A stretch of 64,000 bases of DNA, taken from contig AP026131.1 in assembly GCA_030295235.1 (NCBI GenBank), positions 868,001 through 932,000 on the forward strand. The letters run 5' to 3'. Below are positions 24,768-36,671 of this stretch, piece by piece. Each line of letters starts with the position of its first letter. Within the stretch, counting starts at the first letter, position 1. The translations under genes were made by a program, and so were the position numbers. The stretch comes from Fistulifera solaris. Its lineage: Eukaryota. The notes below the pieces were generated by a model that saw only the letters and a program-made list of their open reading frames with translations, made no database searches and was not told where the DNA came from.

Positions 24768-25533
24768 GTATTTTTGTAAGATGAGAGTGATCTCAATTGT
24801 GAGCACTAAACGCAAAGGATCCGAAGAAATATCGTATTCGGCATTCCTCTACATACCCATGCAGATCAAAAATGGCATTGCTGTGTTGGCTGCAAGTTTT
24901 AGGTCCTCGTGTCAAAGGGAGCCAGGCAGGCTCGAAAAATGGCGCGCCATAGGTGCAAACCCGCACCCATTGCACAAAGGCAGTTTCTGCCATTCGCTTA
25001 AAAGCCGGATATCGTTTCCGCTACGCCAACAACACCACTTTTCATTTATACATGTCAATATTCAGTAAAAACATAAGTTCAACGCAAGCAATGATAATTT
25101 ATTTGACACTAACGCAGCCCTCCGAAGGTGCGCGCACCTATCTTCCAACAAAATCTCACGCTTACTCCTAAGTTATGCCTGGGGCACTCGTACACTAACT
25201 TAAAGCGCCTATACAACGTAACAACGGATACCGGTGCGTAAGGCACTCTTAGTAGTGGACCACTTTTTGCCCCCAGATAACGTCTGTTTACCGATCTATT
25301 CATTTATTTAGTGTGCCTTTTTCGTGGAACAGTTTCTTCTTATCTTTGGCGATCGTCGCAAAAAATCGTTCTCATTTTCCTCTCATTTTTTTCTCCTGCC
25401 CTCGCATCGTGCAAAGAAAGTTTCCACTTGTATTGCAATCTACCGCGAAGCCATTGTAAGTCAAAGACCATTAAACTCACAACAAGCTCTTGAAATACTG
25501 ACATCTGCTGACGTCTTCCTTATCAAAGAGAAA

Positions 25534-26868
25534 ATGACGACGACAAAGGTAACACGAGAAGCGTCACGACTTCAAGCTCGAAAGTGGTTCGAGGAGCGAC
25601 AAAGTCGCAAGATGAAGGTTTGCGATGAGTCCGCTACTTCAAACGAGTCCAAAAGCGATGTTCCGTCGACTAAGACATCCACGCGCAAGACCCCTTCGCG
25701 CAAGAAGGAAAGTGCAAAGACGAACACTCAAGAACTTCCGAAACCGAAACGCACGACCCGCTCTACACGTGCTGCAAAAGACGATGACTCGGTAACTTCG
25801 TCTTCTTCTCAGGGGTCTACCAGCTCACTCCGTAAGCTCATTCAGCGAGTGACTCGGCCTTTGAAGAAGAACGCCGTAGCGAAGGAGACTTCCAATAACG
25901 GTAAGAAGAAGCGACCGCAGCGAAAGTCTTTGTCGGCACCTGCTCCAATTGTTACTTCAGAGCGAAGAGTTACGCGATCTCGTAAGACAGATGCCGCTGC
26001 TGTGAAGGAGGTTGCCGACCCGTCGAAAATGAGCACCGCGAAGAAGTCCAATCGCGCGCGTCAGCCTTTATTGAAAGAAGAGTTGCAAACAATTCTATCC
26101 CCAGCACTGGGGTCGCTTCAGCAAGTTGTCTCTCCTACAGACTCTCTGTCTACCACATTTTCTCATTTGGAAGATATGTCGTTCTCCGGTATCGCTGCTT
26201 CCGTGGCTGAATTTGCCGTGGAAGAGATTTCAATCTTGAAGTCTGGCAAATCTGAACCTCTTGATGATGTTCATGTTGTGGAAACCGAATCCAGCGTGAT
26301 GGCACCAGAGTCGGTTGACATGAGTGCTTCTTGTATTTCAGTTGATGAAAATGCGAAGGGTGTCGAAGGCAAAGTCCTCGATGCAGAAGAGAACTCGTTT
26401 CGTGATTTGAATCTTGTGGCTACTGAGGAAGACTCGGTCGACCCTTACATTGCCCAGGAGGAGAACCTGGAGGCCGAAGCAAGCGATGAGGTCACTTCAG
26501 TAACTAAAACGTTTCCTATCGATGTAACCTTGGCTTACGCCGCGGTGATGTTCGCCTTCGTCGCCTTGCTGGTGGCCATGTCGGTCTTCGTCCAATCAAA
26601 GAATACACAGGGCGAGCTTGCGGCCATGCTTGATGGTGATTCGATCGAAGAGTATGTTCGACATATTACCGAGAAGATGAACGACGCGAGTCGCTTTGTG
26701 GGACAAAATAGCAAGGAGTTACAAGAAGTGTTGAAGGACAGCTGGGGACGTGATGTATCCATGGCAGCTATTGGAGGTGTTTACAGCCTTTCCTTCTACA
26801 AGTCTCCTAAAGCGACATTCGCGGCGAGCGTGTTAGCTATGGGCGCGGTCGTTTTTGTGATGAAGTAG
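25534..26868 (+). CDS. Uncharacterised protein: basic S/T/K/R-rich N-terminus, acidic middle, C-terminal TM segments
   Basis: Long ORF; likely start MTTTKVTREAS; hydrophobic LAYAAVMFAFVALLVAMSVFV and C-terminal helices. Confidence 0.7.
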   Translation: MTTTKVTREASRLQARKWFEERQSRKMKVCDESATSNESKSDVPSTKTSTRKTPSRKKESAKTNTQELPKPKRTTRSTRAAKDDDSVTSSSSQGSTSSLRKLIQRVTRPLKKNAVAKETSNNGKKKRPQRKSLSAPAPIVTSERRVTRSRKTDAAAVKEVADPSKMSTAKKSNRARQPLLKEELQTILSPALGSLQQVVSPTDSLSTTFSHLEDMSFSGIAASVAEFAVEEISILKSGKSEPLDDVHVVETESSVMAPESVDMSASCISVDENAKGVEGKVLDAEENSFRDLNLVATEEDSVDPYIAQEENLEAEASDEVTSVTKTFPIDVTLAYAAVMFAFVALLVAMSVFVQSKNTQGELAAMLDGDSIEEYVRHITEKMNDASRFVGQNSKELQEVLKDSWGRDVSMAAIGGVYSLSFYKSPKATFAASVLAMGAVVFVMK

Positions 26869-27143
26869 ACGTAACCTTCCTTATGTTGATCGTGTTGTTG
26901 TCTATGATACTCCGTAGTATTTTACTTAGCCTCTGTCTTCTACTTGCAAATAATTGTCCGAATAATCTTTGATGAGTGCAGGAAATCTGAAACTTTGTAG
27001 CTATGAAGGCAAGCGTTGCATCCCTAGCTCTGGTACAAGCTGAAGTTAATTCGCGCGTCAAATGAAGGGTAGGATAGCCTAAAGGAGGAGTACAAGTAGA
27101 GGTACGAACGACGTCTCGCGCAGGAAACTAGACAAGATGATAC

Positions 27144-27315
27144 ACCAGATCCTGAATCAATCGCCCAAGAGTTGCTGTATGAATAATACAACTGGTCCAG
27201 AATTTCTGGTAAGCCAAAGATTTTCTGTACGAATGCAATACAACCGGTCCAGAATTTCTAGAGATTTCCAGAATTTCTGTATGAATGAAATACAACTGGT
27301 CCAGAATTTCTGGAT
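27144..27315. repeat. Palindrome-core array, family 1, copy B (short, opposite orientation to A)
   Basis: Three ATACAAC(T/C)GGTCCAGAATTTCT units plus TTTCCAGAATTTCTG. Confidence 0.85.
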
Positions 27316-27563
27316 CGCCGTTGCGTTCGTATCCGGAGAAAATGACAGACGATATCTTTCGTATTTTTTTATTTCCCTCCCGGAAAGTGTGCGACCGCGA
27401 ATACGAAATATTACGAAATGCGAACATTTCGGTTAGAAATAATGGCCCTGAAAGGTGCGAAATGATTCCAGTATCATTTTCTTGTGCTAGTAAAGCCAGT
27501 TCCAGCATACGAATTGCCTGTTCAATGCGCAGTTTGACGAGCCATACCACTTCATGAACTAGA

Positions 27564-28842
27564 ATGCTAGAATCAATCTTTGCCGACAAGCTGATCGACG
27601 ATGATCGAGAAGCCGTTTTAACGTTTTCATTGCCGGCCATGGAGGGCACATTCGCTCTTTACCCGCCGAAACTCATCTTTTGGGTACAATTATTGGTTGT
27701 AAGTCATCTTCGACATAAGATTCGCCAGATGCCAGGATGAATGATGCGCATCTCACACTGGCTTGAAACAGCTATTCTTCCTACAGACTTTTACGCAAAT
27801 GTTGTATGCAGCTTTCATATACAAGTTTATTGTGAAACAAAGACGCACGAGCTCCGCCTATTTACTCGGCTTTGGCTTTATCATACCGTCCGCTCTTTCT
27901 GCGCCTTACCCCATTCTGGAATATTTTCTCATACAAAACAAAACTCTGAAGCTTTCTATGGGTACCATGCCACTCATCGTCGCATTTCGATGCATCGAAG
28001 CTATGTTTGACACTTCGCCCCATTCGGTCGAAGAAAGCTTATGGAACTATGTAACATACTACACGAGTCTTTCTCATTTTGAATGGGATCCAAAAACGAA
28101 GACTCGGCGCCGATGTACAGCATCGGATTTTGGAGCTATATTTTGGCGTTTACTATGTCACTTTCATTTGGCCGGCTTGATGCTTTCACTTGCTATGCAC
28201 TTCAACTATCAACTGCTGCCGACCAACGTGAATCTGCACGAGTACAATTTGACTTGGGAACTTTTCTCGCCTGCGCACTTAGTGAATGCTTACATGTTAG
28301 CAGTCCTAGCGTTCTTTATGCTTGCAGTTGGCTTTGAAATGGCTTCGTTTGGGGACAATTTGAAAGGTTTCTTGACCAAACAACCCTTTTATAATCCTCT
28401 CTTCACGAGTCGATCACCGAGCGAGTTCTGGGGTCGTAAATGGAACATGACAATTCATCGGTTATTAAAACATGGAGCCTACATGCCTGCCAGACAATAC
28501 CTTTCGATGCACATGTCGTACTTCGTGACGTTTCTCGCTTCAGGCCTACTACACGATTATAGCTGGACCGTCATGTATTACCAGTATGGTGAGCCACTCG
28601 CCTATCATCCGGCGTTCTTCAAGACAACGGCGTTTTTCCTTTGGAATTACATCCTCATGGCTATTGAGCACGAAACGCAGCACATGTGGGGATTCTCGAA
28701 GCGGCTGCCGACGGTTGTCGTTTCAACACTAGTGGTCTTGACTGCGTTGCCTTTCTCACATTGGTATACTGGCGATTGGGTGGCCAGTAATTATTTCTCG
28801 GAATTTGCAATGGGCTTGTGGTTTATCCGTAAAGTAGCGTAG
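27564..28842 (+). CDS. MBOAT family (wax synthase-like) O-acyltransferase, 2 exons (27564-27698, 27772-28842)
   Basis: FYNPLFTSRSPSEFWGRKWN and TFLASGLLHDY (catalytic His) motifs; many TM helices; in-frame GTAAGT..CAG intron. Confidence 0.9.
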
Positions 28843-29243
28843 ACCAGCGTCGCGGCTCCTTGGCACAGCCGCTATTTGATTCGTAGCTTTCAATAACAGA
28901 TCTCGTTGATTATCGATGTTTATTGTCCTATTGTTCTCATCTATTTGCTGCATTTAAGATTTTCATTGTCATAGTTCACCTTTACTTAAGCGTGAATGAA
29001 TTTTATAATCCTTACCGGTATTATTATTTCAAGGGGGAGATGCGCGATGTGATTGGCTGATTGGTGATCCGTTGGAAATGAAAAAAGTAGTCGGCGGTGA
29101 AAGAAGCTCTATGAAATGAATGCCGCGCGTTTCAGCTGTACGATTACTTGCCGAATTTATTTTTTCTCAACGATTGCGCGCACATTTTCATTTTCTTGTC
29201 GAAAGCCATTTACGAATAATCTATTGATGCCTTGTCATCAGCA

Positions 29244-30789
29244 ATGGGGCGTATACGATCTGATGGCAAGTTCTACTGGCTGGTTACATCGATTAGCTGT
29301 CCGCTGATCATAATTGTTGTTGCTTTATCCGTCCGATATGCTGGACGACCGACAATTTATTCGGAAATTACTGATGGAGACTCCTTTAGTCCAACGCCGC
29401 CCCAGAATGCTCCAGTGAGTGCACCCTCGAGCGCAGGAGAGACTCAAGCACCGACTCCGTATCCGTATCCCTGCTTGACTTCGCAAAGAGAACTGTATTA
29501 TGCAGTGGACCACTACTGGAGTGATGCCACCCGAGCGACGGTGGAGGGAGAATACGGTCCCATTGAAAAGTGGTGCTTTCCTTTGGTGACCAGTCTTTCA
29601 CGAGTTTTTGATTTGGAGCGAAATCCGGGTCTAGTGGAAGGATCGTACGACTTTTTATCTGGATGGGACGTGAGTCTTGTTGAAGATACAAGCTATATGT
29701 TTCAAGGAAATACACACTTTGGCGGAAGGGGACTAGATAACTGGAACGTTTCTAGTGTGAGAAACATGGCTGGGATGTTTCAAGGTAAGTAACACTTGAC
29801 TTCGAATAGTCGCTCTTATGTCTTCGCGTCTCACTTAACTTCTTGTATAATTAATGAATGAAGGTGCTTCCAATTTCAACGGTAACTTGAGCAATTGGGA
29901 CGTATCATCCGTAGAAAACATAGCTTCGCTATTCCAAGGAGCATCGATATTTGACGGCGATATATCGCGATGGGTAACTTCACGTGTTACTTCTATGTCA
30001 CACATGTTTGCAAGAGGAAACGGAGCGGGGTCTTCTTCGTTTCGTGGGGGTATCGGTGGTTGGGACGTTTCACATGTAAGAGATATGTCGTGGATGTTCG
30101 CAGGTGCTACTCGTTTTAACGATGATTTGTCAAAATGGCGCACTCGACATGTAGCAGATTTCAGCTGCATGTTTCTAGATGCATCTTCGTTTGATAGTGA
30201 CCTAGAAAGATGGGAAATTGAGTCGGCTGAAGATCTTTCTTTCATGTTCGCCAACGCAACTAGCTTTCAAAGTCACTTATCGAAATGGAAAACGTCCAAG
30301 GTTGAAAGTATGAGTGGAATGTTTAGTGGGGCAACGCAATTTAATGGCGACATATCGACATGGGATGTTTCTTCTGTTAAGGACATGTCGAGTATGTTTT
30401 CGAAAGCCACTTCTTTTGACGCCGATCTCTCCGAGTGGGAGACATCAAGTGTTACTGCGATGGAATTGATGTTTAGCGAAGCAACATCCTTTAGAGGCAG
30501 TAGCTTATCGTGGTGGGATGTATCATCCGTTGAAGTTATGGATTGGATGTTTCGAGGTGCTTTTAGATTCAATGCCAATCTGACGGGTTGGGAGGTTTCA
30601 AATGTTTGGTCTATGATAGGGATGTTTGAAGGAGCATCTTCATACTACAATAACCTCTGTCCATGGGGTGCTATCCTGAGTCCAAGCGTTAGAATAGACG
30701 GGATATTTACCAGCACATCATGTCCACGGGAATCGGATCCAATTCTTTACGCTGATATTCCCGGGCCGCTATGTTTTGCTTGCTCATGA
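29244..30789 (+). CDS. Membrane-anchored DUF285 (BspA-like ~25-residue repeat) surface protein, 2 exons
   Basis: More than 10 W(D/N/E)VSSV.(D/N)M..MF..A..F..D(L/I)S.W repeats; YGPIEKWC cap; N-terminal TM; intron 29785-29863. Confidence 0.9.
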
Positions 30790-31007
30790 GAGCTAGCGCT
30801 TCCAAAAAATTATTTATCAGAAGTTTGCTAGCGATAGGATGGAGATAGATAAAATAAATTATGTTTAACTAGCTGCTTTATCATGCAGCATCAAAGTAAG
30901 ACTTGAAATGGGTTAGAAAGTCCAGTAGCTGTCATTCTCTGCTTTGAGCGCATCAGAGTTACAGCTCGATTTCCTTCCAAGCGAATTCTGCTCAATGTGT
31001 TCGACAG

Positions 31008-31556
31008 TTAGCAGCTGACGAACTCTCTCGGCATCCAGTATTTCGATGATAACTCGCTCGCTATCTGTTCCAGGAAATCTATTCCAACAACCCGTTTCAT
31101 TAGCTCTTGAGCGCGAAACACCAGAGGAAAAAGGAGTTCGCGCTTTGCTTCAAGACGATCGGCACGCTGTGTAAGAAACCCATGTTCTTTTAGCTTCATT
31201 GCTGTCGGCATAACCCAATAATCACTGTTTTCTAATCTCGTTGCGCCACATGATACCTGCTCATTCTTTTGCCGTAAGGCTTCGACGACGAGGTTGTTTG
31301 CAATGTGATCCACGGAAAACAGTTGACGAATTCGCTCCTCCCGAACAATGTCTTGTAATAAGATCTCCTCCTCCGATTGCGCTCGCCGGTTCCAATACTG
31401 TGCATCCGTAAGATGACTAGGATTCGGTGGTTTTCCAGGCTCGGTTTCACTTGGTCGTCCTGCAAGAAGAGCATATGGAGACGAACTGATAAATCCTTGG
31501 AAAGTTTCGCTTGCTGGGAGAGGATCCGTTGCTTTTGCTTTGCGATTAGGTGGCAT
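31008..31556 (-). CDS. Hypothetical protein
   Basis: ORF of ~180 aa from MPPNRKAK; no recognisable motif. Confidence 0.5.
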   Translation of the reverse strand: MPPNRKAKATDPLPASETFQGFISSSPYALLAGRPSETEPGKPPNPSHLTDAQYWNRRAQSEEEILLQDIVREERIRQLFSVDHIANNLVVEALRQKNEQVSCGATRLENSDYWVMPTAMKLKEHGFLTQRADRLEAKRELLFPLVFRAQELMKRVVGIDFLEQIASELSSKYWMPREFVSC

Positions 31557-32374
31557 GAGGCAATTATTGTGGTAAGAGCACTGTGGAAGGTTGGGTATCA
31601 ATGAGGCCGCACAATCTGCCGATCGATCTTCCTCTCAAGTTAGACCGGTGAACAGTGAGCAGGTTTGAAAGAATAGTTGCAGTACCAGGTATACGTATCT
31701 CGTATCTCTGCTTGGCTTTGTAATAAAATCACCGAAAAATCACAATTTCATCTCGCGTTCCTTTTGTAGAATGCCGCAAGCCGAACCTCAAGTTTTGTTT
31801 GTAAAAACCCGAGGACAGCCTTCAGAAACGATTTCTATACCTTGCAAGTACACGAAACACGAGAGAACAAGGCGATACTTTCAGCATTCAGCATGCAATA
31901 AATGCGAACGAAAGACGAAAGATGAAACGAAGAAACAAGTGGTAGACAAACTTCCATGTCATCTAAAGAAGATTCGTTGACAGCAATGTGTCACGTGTTT
32001 CTTCTTGTGTGAGGAAACATGAAAAACGGCGCGCAGAAACCAGAAACCGATCGGAAATATCAATCGGAAAAGCGACGCTAAAAACAGAGAACAGTTCTTC
32101 GCGAGCACAATAGACACACCGGTACTCTATCTCACTATAGCTTGAAAGAGCACGGACTCACTGACACCAACGCGATATTTCGAACTCGAGCTCGAGGTCG
32201 AGGTCACGAGCTTGATGGCAAGGCGGAGCTGTTAGTTCACTTCTGATGATCATGTCAACAGTTTCTCATCATCGTCGTCTTCCTCAAGACGCTTGTTTCA
32301 ACTAACATCATCATTAGCATCAAGATAACAGGAAAGGTCTCGCGTCTTCTTGAAGGTAAAGAAGTCTGGTCATC

Positions 32375-32965
32375 ATGGCGCCCAACAAGAAGCACGCGAC
32401 GCATCTTTCCCACACTTTAGCGAATCTTCGTGTGATTCGAGCGAAGAACACTGATTATCAAACTCCCACCTCCGCTATTGATAGCTCTTCTTACTGGAAA
32501 TGGCCTTCAACAACTTCTATCGATTTCTCTGTCGGGCGCATCGAGACCAATATAGTTGAAGCTGCTAAAAGGCACTTTGAGTCTACTTTGAAACCCGAAA
32601 ATGACGATTACTGGGCCGAGAGTGATCATATTGCCATTGAGAAATGCGAACATCAAATAGCTCCGCAAGAGCAAATTAATTCGAATGATTATTGGGCGGA
32701 AGAGTCATACGAACCTACTCGGAGTGATGACTATTGGAACACTTCCTTACATTTACATGCCACTCATAAGACGATGATTCGCAATCCACATCTTGTTGAA
32801 GCCGACTCGGATAATTACTGGCAAGAGAGGGTCCATGATCGAAGCAACTCGGACGTATATTGGCAAGAAGATTTGCCGTCTCAGAATTATTGGACGTGGA
32901 ATGTTGAAGCCAAAACAGAGAGAGACAACTACTGGGATTGGGCAGCCTCTGTGCCAAGTTTCTAA
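32375..32965 (+). CDS. Hypothetical protein with eight YW-centred acidic repeats
   Basis: SSYWKW, DDYWAE, NDYWAE, DDYWN, DNYWQE, DVYWQE, QNYWTW, DNYWDW. Confidence 0.75.
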   Translation: MAPNKKHATHLSHTLANLRVIRAKNTDYQTPTSAIDSSSYWKWPSTTSIDFSVGRIETNIVEAAKRHFESTLKPENDDYWAESDHIAIEKCEHQIAPQEQINSNDYWAEESYEPTRSDDYWNTSLHLHATHKTMIRNPHLVEADSDNYWQERVHDRSNSDVYWQEDLPSQNYWTWNVEAKTERDNYWDWAASVPSF

Positions 32966-33426
32966 TAACAGTGCAGGCGTTTCACTGCAGCTACAGCTTT
33001 ACATGAATAGATTTACAATAATAAATAAACAATCAATTGCTAGGGCCTTTATAGTCGATATTTCTGCCTTATTTTGTGTGCAAAGTATCAATAAGGTTCG
33101 AGTTGCATTGAGTCGTGGTACGTCTACTGGAGTACGGTACCACCGTACTAGTAAGATTTATCGGCACTTTGTCAGTCGTGTTTCATCTAGGGGTGCCAAT
33201 CGTTCGAAGTTTCGCTCCTGCCACTCCACCCATAATCAGTCTTCGTCCATCCCAACGTAAATAAGCAACCCCTACTGCCGAAAATGAGCCATCACGATCA
33301 CACCACGAGTTACGCTTGTATGCGCTTTCATCGCTGTTGTTATTTTGATTCCTCATTTAAAATGCGTCGAGGCGAGAGCTGTAACTAATAGATCAACTTT
33401 TTAAAACGAATAAGAATATTCAAAAT

Positions 33427-33651
33427 ATGAAGAAACAAGTAACATTTGCGGAAAGCAGTCGGTGGAGTACATGTTCGGCGGATAATGGTCCCAGTCGGCC
33501 GCCAAGACGATTTGAGTCAGGCGATCGTGATGATTCACTTCAACACATCGATCATCAACAAGAAGAAGAATCATCGTCATTACGAAACGAGTCTGTCACC
33601 ACACAAAATCTAGTAGAGCCAGAGTTTACCTCTTCAAGGATCGTCGCCTAG
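33427..33651 (+). CDS. Possible short protein
   Basis: 74-aa ORF with ATG in an A-rich context; no other support. Confidence 0.35.
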   Translation: MKKQVTFAESSRWSTCSADNGPSRPPRRFESGDRDDSLQHIDHQQEEESSSLRNESVTTQNLVEPEFTSSRIVA

Positions 33652-33741
33652 CGTTTATCTGTAGCTCGATTTGTCATCGTTTCGTGCTCGAAGAATTAAC
33701 ATTTAAAAAACGATCGAGTGCTCAAGCTGAAGATCATCCCG

Positions 33742-34413
33742 CTATATGAATTGCATTAAAAAAGCTTGCTTTGCTCTACATTTCTCCATATCAATGCCGC
33801 TTAAACCATCCATAGCTTCACCGTTAAGCAGTTGGTTCACTAAAACAATAACTGCTCCCAGTACGGCTAGCCAAGCCATGACTTCACAGACCTGTACGGC
33901 TTGTCTCGACGATTTAGGAGCCCATGACGACAAGCCTTGCCTGAATACTATTTGAAGGAAACTAGACAGCCCTGACACAACGAATACATCCAGATAACAG
34001 CTTCGTTCCAACCAATCTGGAAGATACAATGGCCCACAGCCCGTTTGAAATACCGCCCACTCACTCCAGAAAACTCCACTAGATCCGCATAGGGACGTTC
34101 CAACAAAAACTCCCGTAACGATGCTATCACTAAAATCCTTTTCTCCATTTTCGCCCGGTTTTGACAACAATTGAGACCGCCATGATTTGGTTCGTCTTGA
34201 ATAGCACGGTTTCGTATTTGGCTTGGACCGATAAGACGGTGCTGTGTGATACGGTTCAGATATGCAGAAACTGGAGAAACAGCGGCAAAAATGAATGAGA
34301 ATAACAAGAAGACCGAATGCATGTTTGTGTTTTTGTCGACAAATTTTATTATTTTGTGGCGTGTTTCTTTTATGCGTGTTTTGACTTATTGTAGAGGAGT
34401 CACGAGAAATCAA
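33742..34413 (-). CDS. Conserved algal-type membrane protein, probably plastid-targeted; start uncertain
   Basis: About 3 TM segments with a WSEWAVFQTGCGP...LERSCY motif after a signal/transit-like N-terminus. Confidence 0.65.
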   Translation of the reverse strand: MISRDSSTISQNTHKRNTPQNNKICRQKHKHAFGLLVILIHFCRCFSSFCISEPYHTAPSYRSKPNTKPCYSRRTKSWRSQLLSKPGENGEKDFSDSIVTGVFVGTSLCGSSGVFWSEWAVFQTGCGPLYLPDWLERSCYLDVFVVSGLSSFLQIVFRQGLSSWAPKSSRQAVQVCEVMAWLAVLGAVIVLVNQLLNGEAMDGLSGIDMEKCRAKQAFLMQFI

Positions 34414-34672
34414 GACTTGAATCTATGTGCACTCAGCACCAAGATCACAAAAAAAACACGACGACCCATGCGTTCTGTGCAGCAGCTGAAGCCAAGTAAA
34501 GACAGAATCCAAACAATGTTTACGTCATCAAATATTGGTTTTTTGGTGTCGCTTGAGACGAAACAAATGCTCTATGCTAAGCTTAAAACCTTACGACACT
34601 CGCTATGACCTACTATCAAGCTACAACCCCCTTTTTCCCTGAACCCCACACCCCGTGACTAGGTCTGCATCC

Positions 34673-35929
34673 CTAAATATCAGCCGTAGTCATACTCGGA
34701 AAGTTATCCGATTCTATTTCTGAAAGGAATCCGCCGCTTGTTACTTCCGATGGTGCAAAATTAGCTTCACTGGATTGCTGATACAATGCTCTCCAGTCTC
34801 CACCGTTATGGACACGATCTAACTCTTCACTTAAACACGATACCAAGGCATCGCGCTCTAATCTTGAGTTTGTCTGTAAGTCCAAACTGCCCGACTGCGT
34901 CAGCAAACTGAAGCACAAGTTGTCTGCTACGCTCGTTTGTTTTTGCAGCGCCGCTGTTCGTTTCCCGACATCCACATACACAATATTGGGCAGTGGAATA
35001 TTGTGCGGCGCTCCCCGCATCAAAACAATGCTGCTCATTCCCACTTGATTTGTAATACGCTTCGGAAACTCCGTTCGCCACTCCAGTTGATCATCGTCTC
35101 CATTCAGACGAATCCAAACGCGCTTGGGTTCGCTGTGAACACCGTGAGCCACCAATCGGACGCCCCGGTCCTTCAATCGGCGTCGCGTTTCGTCCATGAT
35201 CGTCGAGTCCGGAACCTGCATGATGGATGGGTGACTTGGAGATGAAATGGTGGAAAGAAACAAAGGAGCGGTGGCTCTGTCTTGTAGCGGCGATTCCGGC
35301 TTGTCATGACTCGTACGGCTTGGACTCGCAGAATTCACCGCTTCCTGACGTGCTCGATGATACCCTTGCAGCATCTGTTGCTGTTTGCGTTCCTGATCGA
35401 ATCGACGTTTTCCCTCTACCTCTTGCAACACGCTGTCATCCACACTGGATACGGACACCGAGTCTAAGTTTGCCGTCTGAGTGACACGCCTAAAACGCCT
35501 TCGCGAAGCACGACAGTAGGCTTTTCGAGCCCCTTTCGGAAGAAACAGATATACAATCCAAGCTCCAAGCGTAAGGCTTAATGTTGCAACGTAATGCGTA
35601 ACAAACGAAACAGCCAAGGGACTAGGATGATAGACAGCTGCTTGAACGACGTGCTGTGATGGAGCTTGCGTCGCACTTGTGTAAGAAACACCATTATTTG
35701 TTACCCCATTCGATACCTGAGCCGCCGGCATCGCAGTCGGAGGCGGGGGTAACGGAGGATGATGTTCGGGTGGGAGATAATGCAAAGGGAGCAACTGAAT
35801 AATTACAGGAGGTTGATCATTATTTTCAACCGGAACAAAATTCCGTGAATTGTAATAACTCGCTCCTCGAATCGACATGATCCCCCTGTATTGTTCCCAA
35901 GTTGTGACAGATAACAGTTCGAAAGACAC
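34673..35929 (-). CDS. Single-pass membrane protein with a C-terminal PH-like domain
   Basis: TM LSLTLGAWIVYLFL; IPLPNIVYVDVGKRT...CFSLLTQSGSLDLQTNSRLERDALV resembles PLC/Mcp5-type PH domains. Confidence 0.75.
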   Translation of the reverse strand: MSFELLSVTTWEQYRGIMSIRGASYYNSRNFVPVENNDQPPVIIQLLPLHYLPPEHHPPLPPPPTAMPAAQVSNGVTNNGVSYTSATQAPSQHVVQAAVYHPSPLAVSFVTHYVATLSLTLGAWIVYLFLPKGARKAYCRASRRRFRRVTQTANLDSVSVSSVDDSVLQEVEGKRRFDQERKQQQMLQGYHRARQEAVNSASPSRTSHDKPESPLQDRATAPLFLSTISSPSHPSIMQVPDSTIMDETRRRLKDRGVRLVAHGVHSEPKRVWIRLNGDDDQLEWRTEFPKRITNQVGMSSIVLMRGAPHNIPLPNIVYVDVGKRTAALQKQTSVADNLCFSLLTQSGSLDLQTNSRLERDALVSCLSEELDRVHNGGDWRALYQQSSEANFAPSEVTSGGFLSEIESDNFPSMTTADI

Positions 35930-36671
35930 AATTGCTGGGAATGATGGAGGGAGAATATCACAAACAGCGCGTCGTCGTCGCCATGGGAGGCCTCTCGAGC
36001 ATGCTGGCGGCTGCTTTGTCGGGCCCGTGTTTGGTCGGCGAGGGGCAGGTCAAATTTTTCAACACACGCTGGCATCGCCTACTTATTTGTATGGGGGGAA
36101 TGTGCTCCGCTGGCGCGGAAAATTTGTTTAGGACTGTTATAAATCCCGAGAACAAGGAAGTCGTCACAGTGCTGCCGTAATACACAGTAGTAGGTAGTAG
36201 GGCATTCCTCATTGAGTGAGTGCGGGAAAACTTTATTCAAATCTTTGAAATTCTTCACTACTACAGTACTTGAAAGTACAGACAACAGAACTTAAAAGCC
36301 AGCTACTTAGGCGCCAACATTCCGCAGACAGTTCTTCAGTTCTTTCCGTACTTAACTTACTTGTAGACAGTACTTTGAGAAGACCACGGTCCGTCCGCCC
36401 TACGATAATAGCAGCGGATACGGACAGAATCCGAAGCCTCTCGAGTGTAACTTGAATTGTACAGAATGGATGTCGCAACGAAAATCAAGTGACATAAGAT
36501 CCGTTCGAAAAACTTGAAAATTGAATTCGCACGCAAAGGGAGGAGCACAAACACCCTCCCGTTCAACGCACACGGTATCGCTAAAGATTTGAGAGCCTGA
36601 TGCGAATGGTTTAATCTATCATTTGACTCAATATTTTCGTATATTTAGCCGAAAGTTTCTTTATCCATTGC

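Noticed and set aside
25090..25320. Possible small MITE between MSH4 and the next gene (ACACTAA...TTAGTGT)
   Set aside because: Only a 7-bp inverted match, with no TSD and no second copy.
33136..33157. AGTACGGT-ACC-ACCGTACT hairpin followed by AG(T) as a Helitron end or terminator
   Set aside because: Single occurrence, the CTAG overlaps the stem, and there is no matching 5' end.
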